This document shows, in pieces, positions 8,623-20,362 of a stretch of DNA of 64,000 nucleotides. The stretch spans positions 29,376-93,375 of the forward strand of contig CACOIH010000001.1 of NCBI GenBank assembly GCA_902627245.1, written 5' to 3'. The notes beneath the pieces are model-generated. The model saw nothing but the letters and a program-made list of their open reading frames with translations, made no database searches and was not told where the DNA came from. The position numbers were made by a program, and so were the translations under genes. The stretch is from an uncultured Alphaproteobacteria bacterium (GTDB lineage Bacteria; Pseudomonadota; Alphaproteobacteria; HIMB59; GCA-002718135). How positions within the stretch are numbered: position 1 is the first letter of the stretch; the number at the start of each line of letters is the position of its first letter.

Positions 8623-10492
8623 GGATATGTATAAAAAATTTGATGTAATTGTAATTGGTGGTGGACATGCTGGTGTAGAAGCAGCATGCTCATCTGCAAG
8701 AACAGGCTCAAAAACAGCTTTAATCACACATAAAATTGACAAAATAGGAGAAATGTCATGTAATCCAGCCATTGGGGGGCTTGGAAAAGGTCATCTTGTA
8801 AGGGAAATAGACGCTTTAGACGGAATAATGGCAAAAGCAACTGATAGGTCTTGTATACAGTTTAGAATGCTTAACTCCAGTAGAGGTGCCGCTGTAAGAG
8901 GTCCTAGAGCTCAAACAGACAGAATATTATACAAAAATGCTATAAATGAGCTTGTAAATGAACAAAAAAACCTTCAAATATTTGAGGGATCAGTTGAGGA
9001 CTTAATTATTTCAAACAACAAGGTAACAGGTATTATATTAGGTGAGAATACAAAAATATCTTCTAAATCTGTTGTTTTGACCACTGGAACTTTCTTACAG
9101 GGATTAATAAGAATAGGTTCTGAAAAACAAGAGGCCGGTAGAGTTGGTGATAAACCATCAATAAAACTTGCAAAAAGACTGAAAGATCTAAAGTTTTCAA
9201 TAGGCAGATTGAAGACAGGAACACCCCCAAGATTACTTAAAAAGACTATAAATTTCAATAACTTAAGTGAACAACATCCAGATAAAAAGCTCATTCCATT
9301 TTCTTTTATCAACAGAGATATCCACATTCCTCAAATATCTTGCTTTATTACTCATACTAATAAAAACACCCATGAAATAATTTCTCAAAATCTCAACTTG
9401 TCCCCTATGTATTCAGGGGAGATACAGTCCATGGGAGCCAGATATTGCCCTTCAATTGAAGACAAAATTAATAAGTTTAAAAATAAATCATCACACCAGA
9501 TATTTTTAGAGCCTGAGGGTTTAGATAGTGAGCTAATATATCCAAACGGAATATCTTCATCGCTTCCTACTGAAATTCAAGAACAGTTTGTTAAAACCAT
9601 TAAGGGCTTAGAGAATGTAACTATTACACAGCCTGCTTATGCAATTGAGTATGATTTTATTGATCCACAAGAATTAACACACACACTAGAAACAAAAAAA
9701 ATAAAAAATTTATTTTTTGCAGGGCAAATTAATGGAACAACGGGGTATGAAGAGGCGGCAGCTCAAGGGATAATAGCAGGAATAAACGCTTCACTGAGAA
9801 CAACTACAGATAAAAAATTTATAATACCAAGGTCTTCAGGGTATATTGGAGTGCTGATAGACGATTTAGTTACAAAAGGCACCAAAGAACCATACAGAAT
9901 GTTTACTTCAAGATCAGAGTACAGACTTTTGCTTCGTGCTGATAATGCTGATCTTAGATTAACGCCCTTTGGAATTGAAGTCGGCTGCATTGGGATAGAT
10001 AGGCAGAGACAATTTGAAAAAAGATCTAAAAGAATAAAAGAGGGTTTTAAGTTTGTAAAAAGGCACCAATTTTCTCCAGACGCACTGTTTAAAAAAGGGA
10101 TAAAAATTAACAAAGACGGAAAAAAAAGAAACATTATAGAGCTCTTAGCATTCTCAAATATCACAACCCCTAAACTAAAAAAAATTCTTCCTGAACTAAA
10201 CAATTTAGAAGAAGATGTAATTGAACAAATAGAGATTGAAGCTAAATACACAGGATACCTTGATAGACAAAGAGCAGACATAAAAGATTTTGAAAAAGAA
10301 GAAAGCTTACTAATACCTAAATCAACTAATTATAAACTAGTAGGAAGCTTATCTAATGAGATAGTAGAAAAATTATCTAAAATTAAACCACCAACTTTAG
10401 GGGCGGCCTCAAGAATATCAGGGGTAACACCAGCAGCTACAATAGCGCTGTTAAGATATATTAAAAAAAATAAAAACAAAAAAGCAGCATAA
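8615..10492 (+). CDS. mnmG: tRNA uridine modification enzyme MnmG (start GTG 8615 or ATG 8627)
   Basis: [46 protein letters not shown]. Confidence 0.99.
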   Translation: MKKDMYKKFDVIVIGGGHAGVEAACSSARTGSKTALITHKIDKIGEMSCNPAIGGLGKGHLVREIDALDGIMAKATDRSCIQFRMLNSSRGAAVRGPRAQTDRILYKNAINELVNEQKNLQIFEGSVEDLIISNNKVTGIILGENTKISSKSVVLTTGTFLQGLIRIGSEKQEAGRVGDKPSIKLAKRLKDLKFSIGRLKTGTPPRLLKKTINFNNLSEQHPDKKLIPFSFINRDIHIPQISCFITHTNKNTHEIISQNLNLSPMYSGEIQSMGARYCPSIEDKINKFKNKSSHQIFLEPEGLDSELIYPNGISSSLPTEIQEQFVKTIKGLENVTITQPAYAIEYDFIDPQELTHTLETKKIKNLFFAGQINGTTGYEEAAAQGIIAGINASLRTTTDKKFIIPRSSGYIGVLIDDLVTKGTKEPYRMFTSRSEYRLLLRADNADLRLTPFGIEVGCIGIDRQRQFEKRSKRIKEGFKFVKRHQFSPDALFKKGIKINKDGKKRNIIELLAFSNITTPKLKKILPELNNLEEDVIEQIEIEAKYTGYLDRQRADIKDFEKEESLLIPKSTNYKLVGSLSNEIVEKLSKIKPPTLGAASRISGVTPAATIALLRYIKKNKNKKAA

Positions 10493-10493
10493 T

Positions 10494-11099
10494 TTGGACA
10501 AAAAATCTGTAATAAAAAAATATAATCTTAAAAGTAAACAAGTTGATCTTATCGACAAATATATAAACAAGTTAAAAAAAAGTAACCAAATACATAATTT
10601 AGTTGGTCCATCAACAATAGACGGTGCTTGGGATAGACATATTAACGATTCATTGCAGTTATCAGAGTTTATTTTAAAAAGGAACACATCAATAATAGAT
10701 CTTGGCACTGGCGCAGGTTTACCAGGTCTAATCTTAAATATTGTTGGTTACAAAAACACATTGTTGATTGATTCAAAAATGAAAAAAATTAATTTTATTA
10801 AAGAGTTTGCTTATGAAAATAACTTTGAAATTAAAACTATTTGTACCAGAGTTGAGAAAATCAAAAATCAAAAATTTGACTTCATTGTTTGCAGAGCATT
10901 TGCCCCACTAATAAAATTGCTAGATTATTCACGTTTTTTTACTAAAAAAAATACATCACTACTTTTTCTTAAAGGAAGAAGTGTTAAGAAAGAAATTGAT
11001 GATGCAAAAAAATCCTTTAGTTTTGAATATGATCTTTACCCAAGCAAAAGCGAAGGTGACGGGTTTGTGTTAAAAATTAATAAATATAAAAAACTATGA
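10494..11099 (+). CDS. rsmG: 16S rRNA m7G527 methyltransferase
   Basis: RHINDS, DLGTGAGLPG, RAFA; between mnmG and parA. Confidence 0.96.
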   Translation: MDKKSVIKKYNLKSKQVDLIDKYINKLKKSNQIHNLVGPSTIDGAWDRHINDSLQLSEFILKRNTSIIDLGTGAGLPGLILNIVGYKNTLLIDSKMKKINFIKEFAYENNFEIKTICTRVEKIKNQKFDFIVCRAFAPLIKLLDYSRFFTKKNTSLLFLKGRSVKKEIDDAKKSFSFEYDLYPSKSEGDGFVLKINKYKKL

Positions 11100-11869
11100 A
11101 AAAAATAATTTCTATTTCCAATCAAAAAGGTGGCGTAGGCAAAACTACAACTACAATAAATTTAGCAACTTCATTAGCAGCGATTAAAAAAAGTGTTTTA
11201 ATTGTGGACGCCGATCCCCAAGGTAATGCAAGCACGGGTTTAGGCATTTCCTATAATGATAGAAAACCATCAATATATGAAATGATTCATAAAAAGAAAC
11301 TTTTAACAGAGGGAATAAAGGAAACGCTAATTCCTGGTCTTAAAATAATAGGAGCTAACACAGATTTGGCCGGCGCGGAGTTAGAGCTTACAAGCTTTGA
11401 AGATAGAGAGTTTGTTTTTAAATCTATATTTGCTGATATTAATAATTTTGATTTTATTTTTATAGATTGTCCTCCCTCCCTTGGTTTATTAACAATCAAT
11501 TCACTAGTTGCATCCCACACCACCCTTATTCCTCTTCAGTCTGAGTTCTTTGCTCTTGAGGGCCTTTCAGCATTAATGCAAACAATCAAATTAATTAAAC
11601 AAAACTTTAATAAAGATTTAAGAATTGAAGGAATATTATTAACAATGCTAGATAAAAGAAATTCATTAAGCTCATTGGTAGAGAAAGATGTTAGGCATCA
11701 TTTTGGTGATCAGGTATATAAAACTACTATTCCAAGAAACGTAAAAATATCTGAAGCACCAAGTCACGGTAAGCCAGCCTTGATATATGATACACATGCT
11801 GCAGGCTCGTTGGCTTATATAGAGCTTGCAAAAGAAGTAATTTTAAACCAAAATAAAAATAATGAATAA
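11096..11869 (+). CDS. parA: Chromosome partitioning ATPase ParA
   Basis: NQKGGVGKTTT, DADPQGNAS, IDCPPSLG, EAPSHG. Confidence 0.97.
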   Translation: MKKIISISNQKGGVGKTTTTINLATSLAAIKKSVLIVDADPQGNASTGLGISYNDRKPSIYEMIHKKKLLTEGIKETLIPGLKIIGANTDLAGAELELTSFEDREFVFKSIFADINNFDFIFIDCPPSLGLLTINSLVASHTTLIPLQSEFFALEGLSALMQTIKLIKQNFNKDLRIEGILLTMLDKRNSLSSLVEKDVRHHFGDQVYKTTIPRNVKISEAPSHGKPALIYDTHAAGSLAYIELAKEVILNQNKNNE

Positions 11870-12698
11870 GGATAATAAATTGGGTATGGGATTGGGCGCT
11901 CTTTTATCTTCAAAATCTAATGAAGAAAACGACCAAGGTATTCAAAAAATAAACATATCTCAGATACAACCAAACCCATCTCAACCAAGAAAAAATTTTA
12001 AAGAATCTGATCTTAACGAACTTGCTACTTCAATCAAAAACCAAGGATTAATCCAACCAATTGTTGTTAGGTCTATTAAAAATGAACAGTATCAAATAAT
12101 TGCTGGGGAAAGACGTTGGCGAGCTTCTCAGCTAGCGGGTCTACACGAAGTTGATTGTGTAATTCGGGAGTTTCAAGAAAATAATGTTCTAGAAGCAGCA
12201 TTAATAGAAAATATTCAAAGAGAAGACCTAAATGTAATTGAAGAAGCAAATGCTTATAAAAGTCTTATTCAAATTAAAAATATTAATAATGAAGGTTTAG
12301 CAAAAATTATTGGCAAAAGCTCAAGCCATGTATCCAACACTTTAAGGCTTCTAGACCTAGAAGAAAACATACAAGAAATGGTTATTAATGGTGAACTTTC
12401 AATGGGCCATGCAAGAGCATTAATTGGCGTGCCTAATGCATACGAAAGAGCAATAGAAATAGTTAAAAAAAATCTTAGTGTTAGACAAGTTGAAAAAATT
12501 ACATCTCAATTTAAAAAAACTAAAAAACTAAATGATGTTAAAGACCCAAATATATTGGATTTAGAGAAAGAGTTATCTAATAAAATTGGACTAAAAACAT
12601 CTATTTTATTTAATGAAAACGGCTCATCAGGATCGCTTACACTTTACTACTCTGATCTTAACCAACTTGATGAAATAATGAAAAGGCTTAAGAAGTAG
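11862..12698 (+). CDS. parB: Chromosome partitioning protein ParB
   Basis: LGMGLGAL, QPRKNF, GERRWRA, LIENIQREDL, HTH. Confidence 0.97.
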   Translation: MNKDNKLGMGLGALLSSKSNEENDQGIQKINISQIQPNPSQPRKNFKESDLNELATSIKNQGLIQPIVVRSIKNEQYQIIAGERRWRASQLAGLHEVDCVIREFQENNVLEAALIENIQREDLNVIEEANAYKSLIQIKNINNEGLAKIIGKSSSHVSNTLRLLDLEENIQEMVINGELSMGHARALIGVPNAYERAIEIVKKNLSVRQVEKITSQFKKTKKLNDVKDPNILDLEKELSNKIGLKTSILFNENGSSGSLTLYYSDLNQLDEIMKRLKK

Positions 12699-13626
12699 AA
12701 ATCTTTTTAAAACTTAATAAAAACCTTAAACCAATAACAGCAGACAAATCACTGTTTGTTCTTAGAACTTTTTCAGTTTTATACAATAAGTTCAACAAAG
12801 CCTTTTTTTTATTGTTATTATATTTACTAAAAAGATCTAGCATAAAAGGTTTTTCTCTGAACATATACCTGGGAATATTCTTTTCAAAATCAACCCGTTC
12901 ATCATAGTTTAAAATCAACCCAGATAACTGTTTAATAGAATAAAATAAGTTATTTACATCTTTTGAACTATTTATTCTCTTATTATAGATATCTATTATC
13001 TGGCTATTAGATTTGAAAATTTGAAAAAATATATTTTCTATATCCGAGCTGTTGTTAGCTACGACAATATCCAACAAGTTATTATCAATCTTTAAATCTT
13101 TTAATTCGAACAGCTTGTTTAATTCATTTTCTAAAAACATAAATCTGTTATCAAGCTTATCAACTAAGGCCCAATACACACCATCTTCTAGTGCCAAATT
13201 ATTAATACTTATGTGCTTGTTAACAATTTTACTTTTTGCTTCTTTCGTTAGCTCATAACAATCAAACACAAAACTATCTTGCCTTTTTAAAAATATTTTT
13301 TTTATTAAATTTATTTTAGGAGAGTTTTCAGAAAAAAAAATATACTTATCATTTGAAGGTAAGCAATCTTCTAAGACACTATCTTCAATTGAAGATAAGT
13401 TATTTATTAAGTAAACCTTATTTTTGCCAAAAAGACTCGTGTTATTGTTTCTGAAAGAAAAATTCTTAACTTGTTCAACTACAAAATCACCATTTTCAAG
13501 CATATTTTTTAACAAGACATCCTTTATTTTGTTCATCAATGTTGATTCATTTCCCGATATAAAATAAAAAACTTTATTGACCTTAAGTTCTTTTTCTAAA
13601 ATAAAATTAATTGGATCAATTTTCAT
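12688..13626 (-). CDS. holA: DNA polymerase III delta subunit (divergent)
   Basis: YFISGNE, SLFG, ENELNKL; leuS-lptE-holA order convergent on parB. Confidence 0.8.
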   Translation of the reverse strand: MKIDPINFILEKELKVNKVFYFISGNESTLMNKIKDVLLKNMLENGDFVVEQVKNFSFRNNNTSLFGKNKVYLINNLSSIEDSVLEDCLPSNDKYIFFSENSPKINLIKKIFLKRQDSFVFDCYELTKEAKSKIVNKHISINNLALEDGVYWALVDKLDNRFMFLENELNKLFELKDLKIDNNLLDIVVANNSSDIENIFFQIFKSNSQIIDIYNKRINSSKDVNNLFYSIKQLSGLILNYDERVDFEKNIPRYMFREKPFMLDLFSKYNNNKKKALLNLLYKTEKVLRTNSDLSAVIGLRFLLSFKKISTS

Positions 13627-14119
13627 TTAAACATTTTTGAAAGGTTTCATCTATTATAAAATTTGAAAATTGCTCAAAACTATTTTTGGCTGTCAGCTCA
13701 TATAACCGGTCCAATGATTTATCAGAGCCATAATTATAACCCGACGATTTTGGCGTATAGGAAAATCTAGATAAAATACTTCTATTGTATACAACACAAT
13801 CTTTGGGCTTACTAAAAACAGAATAATCAAAAACTAATTCATAGTCTAATTTAGTAATTGCTTGGTTTGATTGAACCGATCTTTTAAGTTGTTTCTCTGT
13901 TATATCTACGTTTAGATTGTACAGCTCTAACTCATTATAACCAAAGTATTTTGAAAAATATGATTTGACCGCCTGTATTTCTTTGCCTGTTTGTGAGATT
14001 GAAGAGCTATTATATAACTTGTTATTCGTTCGAATATCATTCTTGTATGTAAATTCTAAACTTTCACAAGATAATAAAAATAATAAAAATATAAAAACAC
14101 TTCTATTAAAAAAAATCAT
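13616..14119 (-). CDS. LptE-like lipoprotein
   Basis: Lipobox LLSC; position between leuS and holA. Confidence 0.7.
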   Translation of the reverse strand: MIFFNRSVFIFLLFLLSCESLEFTYKNDIRTNNKLYNSSSISQTGKEIQAVKSYFSKYFGYNELELYNLNVDITEKQLKRSVQSNQAITKLDYELVFDYSVFSKPKDCVVYNRSILSRFSYTPKSSGYNYGSDKSLDRLYELTAKNSFEQFSNFIIDETFQKCLNEN

Positions 14120-16629
14120 ATTACAAAATTTATTATTTTTGATGGGACGTATATCTCTTTTATAATTTTTTTATTATCTAGATATTTCTTCATTTTTTTT
14201 TCGTTTTTTACCATTTTTATTAATTCATGTTTATCCTTAGAGCCATCCAGTTCAATAACATGTCTGGTTTTACCATTTATCTGAATTGCAATATTTACTT
14301 TTTTCCTTATCCCAACAATTTTTTCCACAGGCCAAGATTGATCAACACAAAGCCCTTCTCTCTTAGTATTAGACCAGATTTCTTCACTGATGTGAGGTAA
14401 AAACGGATGTAAGATTAGCGACAGTTTTTCTAGAGACCAAGCAAAATCTTCAAGACTAATTCTCTCTTTTGATACTGAGTCACTTAAAATATTGCAAAAT
14501 TCATATATTTTTGCAACTGATTTATTAAACTGAAAATTCTCTATATTTTCTGATACTTGATTAATTATTAGTTTTAAATCATTTATGATATTTTCGTTAG
14601 ATTTTCTGTCTATACTATAGACTTTGTATTTATTTACGAAATCCCATATCTTGTTAATAAACTTATAAGATGAAACAATCCCTGTCTCTGTCCACTGCAA
14701 GTCTCTTTCTGGAGGACTGTCTGATAACATAAACCATCTAGCTGTATCAGCACCATAAAGATTTATAATATCATTTGGGTCAACTACATTTTTTTTTGAT
14801 TTGCTCATTTTTTCAACTTTTCCAACGATTACATCATCATTATTTTTGTCTAAATAACCTTCGCCATTTTTAACTACTTTGTTAGGCTCTATCCATTCTC
14901 CATTTTTATTTTTATATGTTTGATGAGTAACCATACCTTGGGTAAACAACCCATTGAACGGCTCATTCAATTTGAAGTAACCCAAGTCCCTTAATACTTT
15001 AGTGAAAAATCTTGAATATAGTAGATGTAAAATTGCATGTTCAATACCACCTATATATTGATCAACTGGTAACCAATAATTAATATCATCTTCATTGAAA
15101 GGTTTTTTTGATCTGGCATTACAATATCTAAAATAATACCAAGACGACTCAAAAAAAGTATCAAAAGTATCAGTTTCTCTAACTGCTTTCATCCCCGTTT
15201 TTTTGCACGTTGTTTTTTTCCATTCATCAATATTACTTAGAGCGCTTGAGCTCTCATCAAATTTTTTTATATCTGGAAGTTCAACGGGCAGGTCATCATC
15301 ATCTACAACAATGACCTCACCATCTTCTCTATATATTATTGGTATAGGACACCCCCAGAATCTTTGTCTTGAAATTCCCCAATCCCTAAGTTTGTAATTT
15401 ATTTTTTTTATACCAATGTTTTTTTCTTCAAGTTCTTCAATTATTAATTTCTTAGCATCTTTTGTAGATAGTCCATTTAAATTTTTAGAATTTATTACAA
15501 CACCATCTTCAGTATAAGCATTATTACTTATTTCAAAATTATCACCTTTAAAATCTGATGGCTTAACAACTGGAATTACTTCTATTTTATACTCTGAAGC
15601 AAAATCTAAATCTCTTTGATCGTGAGCCGGGCAACCAAAAATTGCCCCTAAACCATATTCAGTTAATACAAAATTAGCTACAAAAACTGGTAATTTTTTA
15701 CCTTCTATTAAAGGATGTTCTACAAATATATTTGTTTCAAACCCTTTCTTTGTTTTATCTGGATTTAAATTTCTGCAATCCTTTATAAATTTTTTTAGAC
15801 CACTGTTTTCATTTGCTAATTTCTTTGAAATTTCGTGATCAACTGATATCGCTAAAAACGTTGCACCATAAATTGTGTCCGGTCTAGTTGTAAATATTTT
15901 TATTTTTTCTGTTGTTCCATATATTTTAAAATCAATTTCTGCTCCTACTGACTTCCCAATCCAGTTAGACTGCATAACCTTGACTTTGTTTGGCCATCTT
16001 TCCAGACTATCAAGATCTCTTAAAAGTTCTTCTGAATAATTACTAATCTTTAAAAACCATTGTGATAATTTCTTTTTTTCAACAACTGCTCCAGACCGCC
16101 AGCCTTTCCCGTCAATTACCTGTTCGTTAGCTAAAACTGTTTTATCTACCGGGTCCCAGTTAACTTCAGCCTCTTTCTTATATGCTAATCCTGCTTTAAA
16201 CATGTCTATAAAAAACTTTTGTTCGTGCTTGTAATAATCAGGGTGACAAGTGGCTATTTCCCTACTCCAGTCTAAAGACAACCCCATTTGTAAAAGCTGG
16301 TTTTTCATAGTTTTTATATTCTGATATGTCCAATCTGCAGGATGTTTTTTTTCAGTTATTGCCGCATTCTCTGCCGGCAATCCAAAAGCATCCCAGCCCA
16401 TTGGATGTAAAACATTAAAACCTTTCATTTTCTTATATCTTGATACAACATCTCCCAATGTATAATTTCTAACATGCCCCATGTGTATTTTCCCAGAAGG
16501 ATATGGAAACATCTCTAAAACATAATATTTTTTTTTACCCAGGTCTTTTTTCGAATTAAAGGATTCATTTTCAGACCATACTGTCTGCCATTTTTTTTCT
16601 ACTTCTTTATGGTTGTATCTTGATGACAC
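14116..16629 (-). CDS. leuS: Leucine--tRNA ligase
   Basis: MFPYPSG, HMGH, TTRPDT editing domain, KMSKS. Confidence 0.99.
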   Translation of the reverse strand: MSSRYNHKEVEKKWQTVWSENESFNSKKDLGKKKYYVLEMFPYPSGKIHMGHVRNYTLGDVVSRYKKMKGFNVLHPMGWDAFGLPAENAAITEKKHPADWTYQNIKTMKNQLLQMGLSLDWSREIATCHPDYYKHEQKFFIDMFKAGLAYKKEAEVNWDPVDKTVLANEQVIDGKGWRSGAVVEKKKLSQWFLKISNYSEELLRDLDSLERWPNKVKVMQSNWIGKSVGAEIDFKIYGTTEKIKIFTTRPDTIYGATFLAISVDHEISKKLANENSGLKKFIKDCRNLNPDKTKKGFETNIFVEHPLIEGKKLPVFVANFVLTEYGLGAIFGCPAHDQRDLDFASEYKIEVIPVVKPSDFKGDNFEISNNAYTEDGVVINSKNLNGLSTKDAKKLIIEELEEKNIGIKKINYKLRDWGISRQRFWGCPIPIIYREDGEVIVVDDDDLPVELPDIKKFDESSSALSNIDEWKKTTCKKTGMKAVRETDTFDTFFESSWYYFRYCNARSKKPFNEDDINYWLPVDQYIGGIEHAILHLLYSRFFTKVLRDLGYFKLNEPFNGLFTQGMVTHQTYKNKNGEWIEPNKVVKNGEGYLDKNNDDVIVGKVEKMSKSKKNVVDPNDIINLYGADTARWFMLSDSPPERDLQWTETGIVSSYKFINKIWDFVNKYKVYSIDRKSNENIINDLKLIINQVSENIENFQFNKSVAKIYEFCNILSDSVSKERISLEDFAWSLEKLSLILHPFLPHISEEIWSNTKREGLCVDQSWPVEKIVGIRKKVNIAIQINGKTRHVIELDGSKDKHELIKMVKNEKKMKKYLDNKKIIKEIYVPSKIINFVI

Positions 16630-16632
16630 TGT

Positions 16633-17241
16633 TTAGCTTGATTGCAGTTTTAGTTTTTTAGCTTTATTTAAGATTGCGTTTTCTATCTTTATATTATTTT
16701 CATTTTCCATATTTTTATCAACCCATCTTTGATTTTTATAATCTTGGCAGAAAGAGGTAACTTTCAAATTTTGAGTTTTTAAATCAGATCCTGTTATAAA
16801 AATATTTAACTTGCATCTTTCATTTTTATTATTTTCTGTAGAATACCAATCTGTTAGTATTGTACCACCAATCGGATCAGCAGAATTTAAAGGCATAAAA
16901 TTTATTGTTTCTAGAGCACCACGCCATAAATATACATTTATAGGCATTCCAATACTTCCACTAGAAACATTATTTTTTCTATTGCCTGAGACTATACCAG
17001 CTACATTTATGCCATCCTTGCCAAGTAAACCTCCTCCACTTTGTAACCTGGTTTGAGCGTCCTTGAGGGCCAGATCTTTATTATTACCAGAATTAAATTT
17101 TGTGCCAGATCTGTTTATGATTTCACCAGTAGTTTGAGCTTTTGACCACAGCTCTTTTTTTTCAGCTTCAGTTAAATTCTTATTGCAAGATGATAGAATA
17201 ACAATTGAAGATAATAGTATTATAAATCTAATGAAATACAT
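16633..17241 (-). CDS. DUF3576-family lipoprotein
   Basis: Lipobox LSSC; NVYLWRGALET...DPIGGTILTDWY; usual position upstream of leuS. Confidence 0.8.
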   Translation of the reverse strand: MYFIRFIILLSSIVILSSCNKNLTEAEKKELWSKAQTTGEIINRSGTKFNSGNNKDLALKDAQTRLQSGGGLLGKDGINVAGIVSGNRKNNVSSGSIGMPINVYLWRGALETINFMPLNSADPIGGTILTDWYSTENNKNERCKLNIFITGSDLKTQNLKVTSFCQDYKNQRWVDKNMENENNIKIENAILNKAKKLKLQSS

Positions 17242-17280
17242 TTTGTTTAATTATTGCATTGAATGTAAAATGTAAAACAT

Positions 17281-17312
17281 AAAAAAACGGCACTATAAGA
17301 AATAGTGCCGTT
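17281..17312 (-). terminator. Intrinsic terminator of the porin gene
   Basis: 11-bp stem AACGGCACTAT/ATAGTGCCGTT with U-tract on the minus strand. Confidence 0.9.
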
Positions 17313-17337
17313 ATTAAGATAATTAAGTATTATCTAA

Positions 17338-18396
17338 TTAAAATGCCATGTTTGCACCAATGTACCAAGCTGATCCGTCAGTTGTATCATTTGTGCCTTC
17401 GTTAGAAGAGTCAACATCTGAATAACCAAGTATAGCTGTTACACCAGAAGCAACTGCATACGATACACTTGCAGAAGTTTTATCATATGAGTCTTCAGTT
17501 AAACCTGCAGTACCGATAGTTGTACTATCTTTTGCAGAACCAGCAACAACACCAACATTAAATGTTAGGTCACCGCTTACATATTTAACACCTGCTTTTA
17601 CAACTTCACCATCAACTTGTACGTCGTTTGAAGTAGTAGAGTCCATAGTAGCAATGCTATCACCATCAGCAAAACCAATAGCTACAGTTAAATCACCAGT
17701 TACAGCACTTACACCAACGTGTACACCACCATCATCAGATGTTAATGCAACACCAGTTTTAGCATATTCTGATTGTGAAAAACCAGCACCAATAGTTACA
17801 GCAGTGTCACCTAAATCAGTAACATATGTTGCACCTAAAGCTACGTGACCATCAAGCTTTGCAGTTGAACCAGCAGCTGTGCCATCATCAGTTGAAAGTG
17901 AGAATGACATTTTTAAACCGTCTGCTAGGAAATCTGCAGCTGAGTGATACTCAACACCATATTTTGTAGCGTCAGTTGCAAAGTCCAAACCAGTTGGAGC
18001 GTTGTTAGACGTAGTTACAGTTACTGACTCAGCACCAGCTGAACCTGGTACAGAAATATCGTGTGAACCAGATGCATTACCAGCGTTTAACACGTCTAGT
18101 TTTGATCCATCTGTAAATGCTAAAGTAAATCCAGCATCTAAGTCACCGTCAACAGCATCTTCGTTCGCTAACATAAAGCTACTTGAAATAGTCATACCAC
18201 CGTCAGTAGTTTCAGATAATGATACAGTAAAGTTGTTATCATTTTTCTGAGATCTAGAGTCAGCGCTACCAGTTGGTGAAGAAAATTGTACACCAGTTTG
18301 GTGGTTACCACTCATAGTCGCAGTTACCGCTTCAGCTACTGAAGCCGCACCAAGCGTTGATACTAGAGCAGTTCCGATTAATAGTTCTTTTTTCAT
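17338..18396 (-). CDS. Major outer-membrane porin
   Basis: Signal peptide, amphipathic beta strands, C-terminal Phe, strong RBS (AAGGAG), own terminator; syntenic between DUF3576 and yggS. Confidence 0.88.
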   Translation of the reverse strand: MKKELLIGTALVSTLGAASVAEAVTATMSGNHQTGVQFSSPTGSADSRSQKNDNNFTVSLSETTDGGMTISSSFMLANEDAVDGDLDAGFTLAFTDGSKLDVLNAGNASGSHDISVPGSAGAESVTVTTSNNAPTGLDFATDATKYGVEYHSAADFLADGLKMSFSLSTDDGTAAGSTAKLDGHVALGATYVTDLGDTAVTIGAGFSQSEYAKTGVALTSDDGGVHVGVSAVTGDLTVAIGFADGDSIATMDSTTSNDVQVDGEVVKAGVKYVSGDLTFNVGVVAGSAKDSTTIGTAGLTEDSYDKTSASVSYAVASGVTAILGYSDVDSSNEGTNDTTDGSAWYIGANMAF

Positions 18397-18550
18397 AATT
18401 ACTCCTTTTGAGTTAATGAATATTCATTAAATGTAAGAACAAAACTTACATTAAGTCGGTATTTATTAAAAAATTGATTAAATTTCAAAAAAAGCATAGA
18501 AAATAGATAATTATTCTTAACAATGTTGTTTTTTTACAACAATTATAAAT

Positions 18551-19189
18551 ATGTTTAATGAACTAAAGTTTGCAGAAATAAAGGATTTATTAAAAAAAAA
18601 GACAGAATTCTGCCAAATAATTGCTGTTTCAAAAAATCATCCCAAAGAAAGCGTAAAAGAAGCAATTCAGTCCGGTGTGTTTATATTTGGGGAAAATAGG
18701 GTGCTCGAAGCAAAGCATAAATTTGTCGAACTAAAGAAGCTTTATCCTGAAATAGAACTACACTTGACTGGCCCATTACAATCAAACAAAGTAAAAGAAG
18801 CAGTGAAATTGTTTGATGTTTTTCATACTCTAGACAGAGAAAAAATTGCTGTTGAGTTTTCAAAATATCAAAATGAAATTAAAAATAAAAAAATATTTAT
18901 ACAGGTAAATACAGGTGAGGAACAAAATAAAAGCGGAGTATCTCCAAAACAACTAAGAGATTTTGTTAATTTCTGCTTACATGAACAAAAATTAAAAATT
19001 AATGGATTGATGTGCATCCCCCCTATGCAAGATGATCCAAAAATTCATTTTAAAATGTTACAAGAATTAGCCAATTCTAACAACTTAAGAAATCTTAGTA
19101 TTGGTATGAGCGGGGATTATTTGCAAGCTTTAGATTACAACCCTGCTTACATTCGTTTAGGCACAATACTCTTTGGTAAAAGACAATGA
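18551..19189 (+). CDS. yggS: PLP homeostasis protein YggS
   Basis: IAVSK, FGEN, GPLQSNK, GLMCIP, SIGMSGD, IRLGTILFG. Confidence 0.95.
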   Translation: MFNELKFAEIKDLLKKKTEFCQIIAVSKNHPKESVKEAIQSGVFIFGENRVLEAKHKFVELKKLYPEIELHLTGPLQSNKVKEAVKLFDVFHTLDREKIAVEFSKYQNEIKNKKIFIQVNTGEEQNKSGVSPKQLRDFVNFCLHEQKLKINGLMCIPPMQDDPKIHFKMLQELANSNNLRNLSIGMSGDYLQALDYNPAYIRLGTILFGKRQ

Positions 19190-19794
19190 AACAAGAAATA
19201 AATTTTTATACAGATATGAAAATAAAAGGTTTCATAAATCAATTGTTTAAAAACTATTTTGTTAGATTTAAGACAGTTAATAATCTGCTAAGTACTAAAA
19301 ATGATGGCGGAATAATTTTTATAAATGAAAATAAAGAAAACATCAATCTTATGGTTTTTTCTGATAACTTTTTAATTTTTACTAATTCCTGGACAAACTC
19401 TTATACAACAAAAAAAAATATTATTAATATCAAAACACCCCTAACACCAGATAAAATTGTACAACGTGTAGAAAAATATTTAACTAATAAAAAAGTTTAT
19501 TTTGAAGATATTTTTATAACTGATAAAAATTTAGTTAATGTGTTTTCAAAAGAATCTACCTCGATAACTGAAATAGAAAGACAAATATTAATTTATTTAT
19601 TAAAAAACAAACAAACTAATAAAAATTATATAAAGAGAAATATTTTAAATATTAAGTCGTCAATTGAAACTAATTCAATAGAAAGCCATTTGACAAGAAT
19701 TAGAAAAAAAATAAATAAAATAAAATCTAATTTAATTATACAATCTAGAAATGATAGTCTAGTAGTAGGACTTAATCAAAAAAACTTGGATTAA
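19186..19794 (+). CDS. OmpR-type winged-helix protein with degenerate receiver domain
   Basis: C-terminal ITEIE..IL...ETNSIESHLTRIRKKI; syntenic with the response regulator that follows yggS. Confidence 0.7.
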   Translation: MKQEINFYTDMKIKGFINQLFKNYFVRFKTVNNLLSTKNDGGIIFINENKENINLMVFSDNFLIFTNSWTNSYTTKKNIINIKTPLTPDKIVQRVEKYLTNKKVYFEDIFITDKNLVNVFSKESTSITEIERQILIYLLKNKQTNKNYIKRNILNIKSSIETNSIESHLTRIRKKINKIKSNLIIQSRNDSLVVGLNQKNLD

Positions 19795-20362
19795 TAAGTT
19801 TAAAAAAATTTTCATCGAAATTTTCATTATAATTATGGTTATATAATGACAAAACTAAATTAACTTCTTCTGAATCTATTTCAATTTTTCTTATTAGAAA
19901 AGGGTTGTCTTCAAAAATTACCTTTAAATTATACTTGCCCATATCACCTTCCAGCTCTCTTTCAAAAAAAAGATTATTATTATTAGAATATGTTTTAGAT
20001 TCATTTATAAAATCTAGGCTGTTAAATATTTCAAAAAAGAAGCCGGCTAGTGTATCTTTTGGGTTGAAAAATTCATCTTCGTCTAGATCGTAATTATAAT
20101 ACATTGCTTTATTTTTGTCTAAAATAATTAATATCTTTGATGGTAATTTATAATCAACTCTTAATCTGTGATCCCCAATAAATATCTGGCCTTCGCTTAT
20201 TTGTGATCCATCATTTTGAAGAAAGGAAGCAGAAAAAAATTTAAGATCGTCTAAATATTTAATTGCTTTAGATTTATTAATATCATCTGCGTAAACAATT
20301 TTTTGAAAAAAAAAAATAAAAAAAGATAGAATTAATATTAGTTTATATTTTTTTAAGTACAT
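19772..20362 (-). CDS. lolA: Outer-membrane lipoprotein carrier LolA (probable start 20362)
   Basis: Signal peptide, SASFLQ...G, LRVDY; downstream of ftsK. Confidence 0.8.
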   Translation of the reverse strand: MYLKKYKLILILSFFIFFFQKIVYADDINKSKAIKYLDDLKFFSASFLQNDGSQISEGQIFIGDHRLRVDYKLPSKILIILDKNKAMYYNYDLDEDEFFNPKDTLAGFFFEIFNSLDFINESKTYSNNNNLFFERELEGDMGKYNLKVIFEDNPFLIRKIEIDSEEVNLVLSLYNHNYNENFDENFFKLINPSFFD

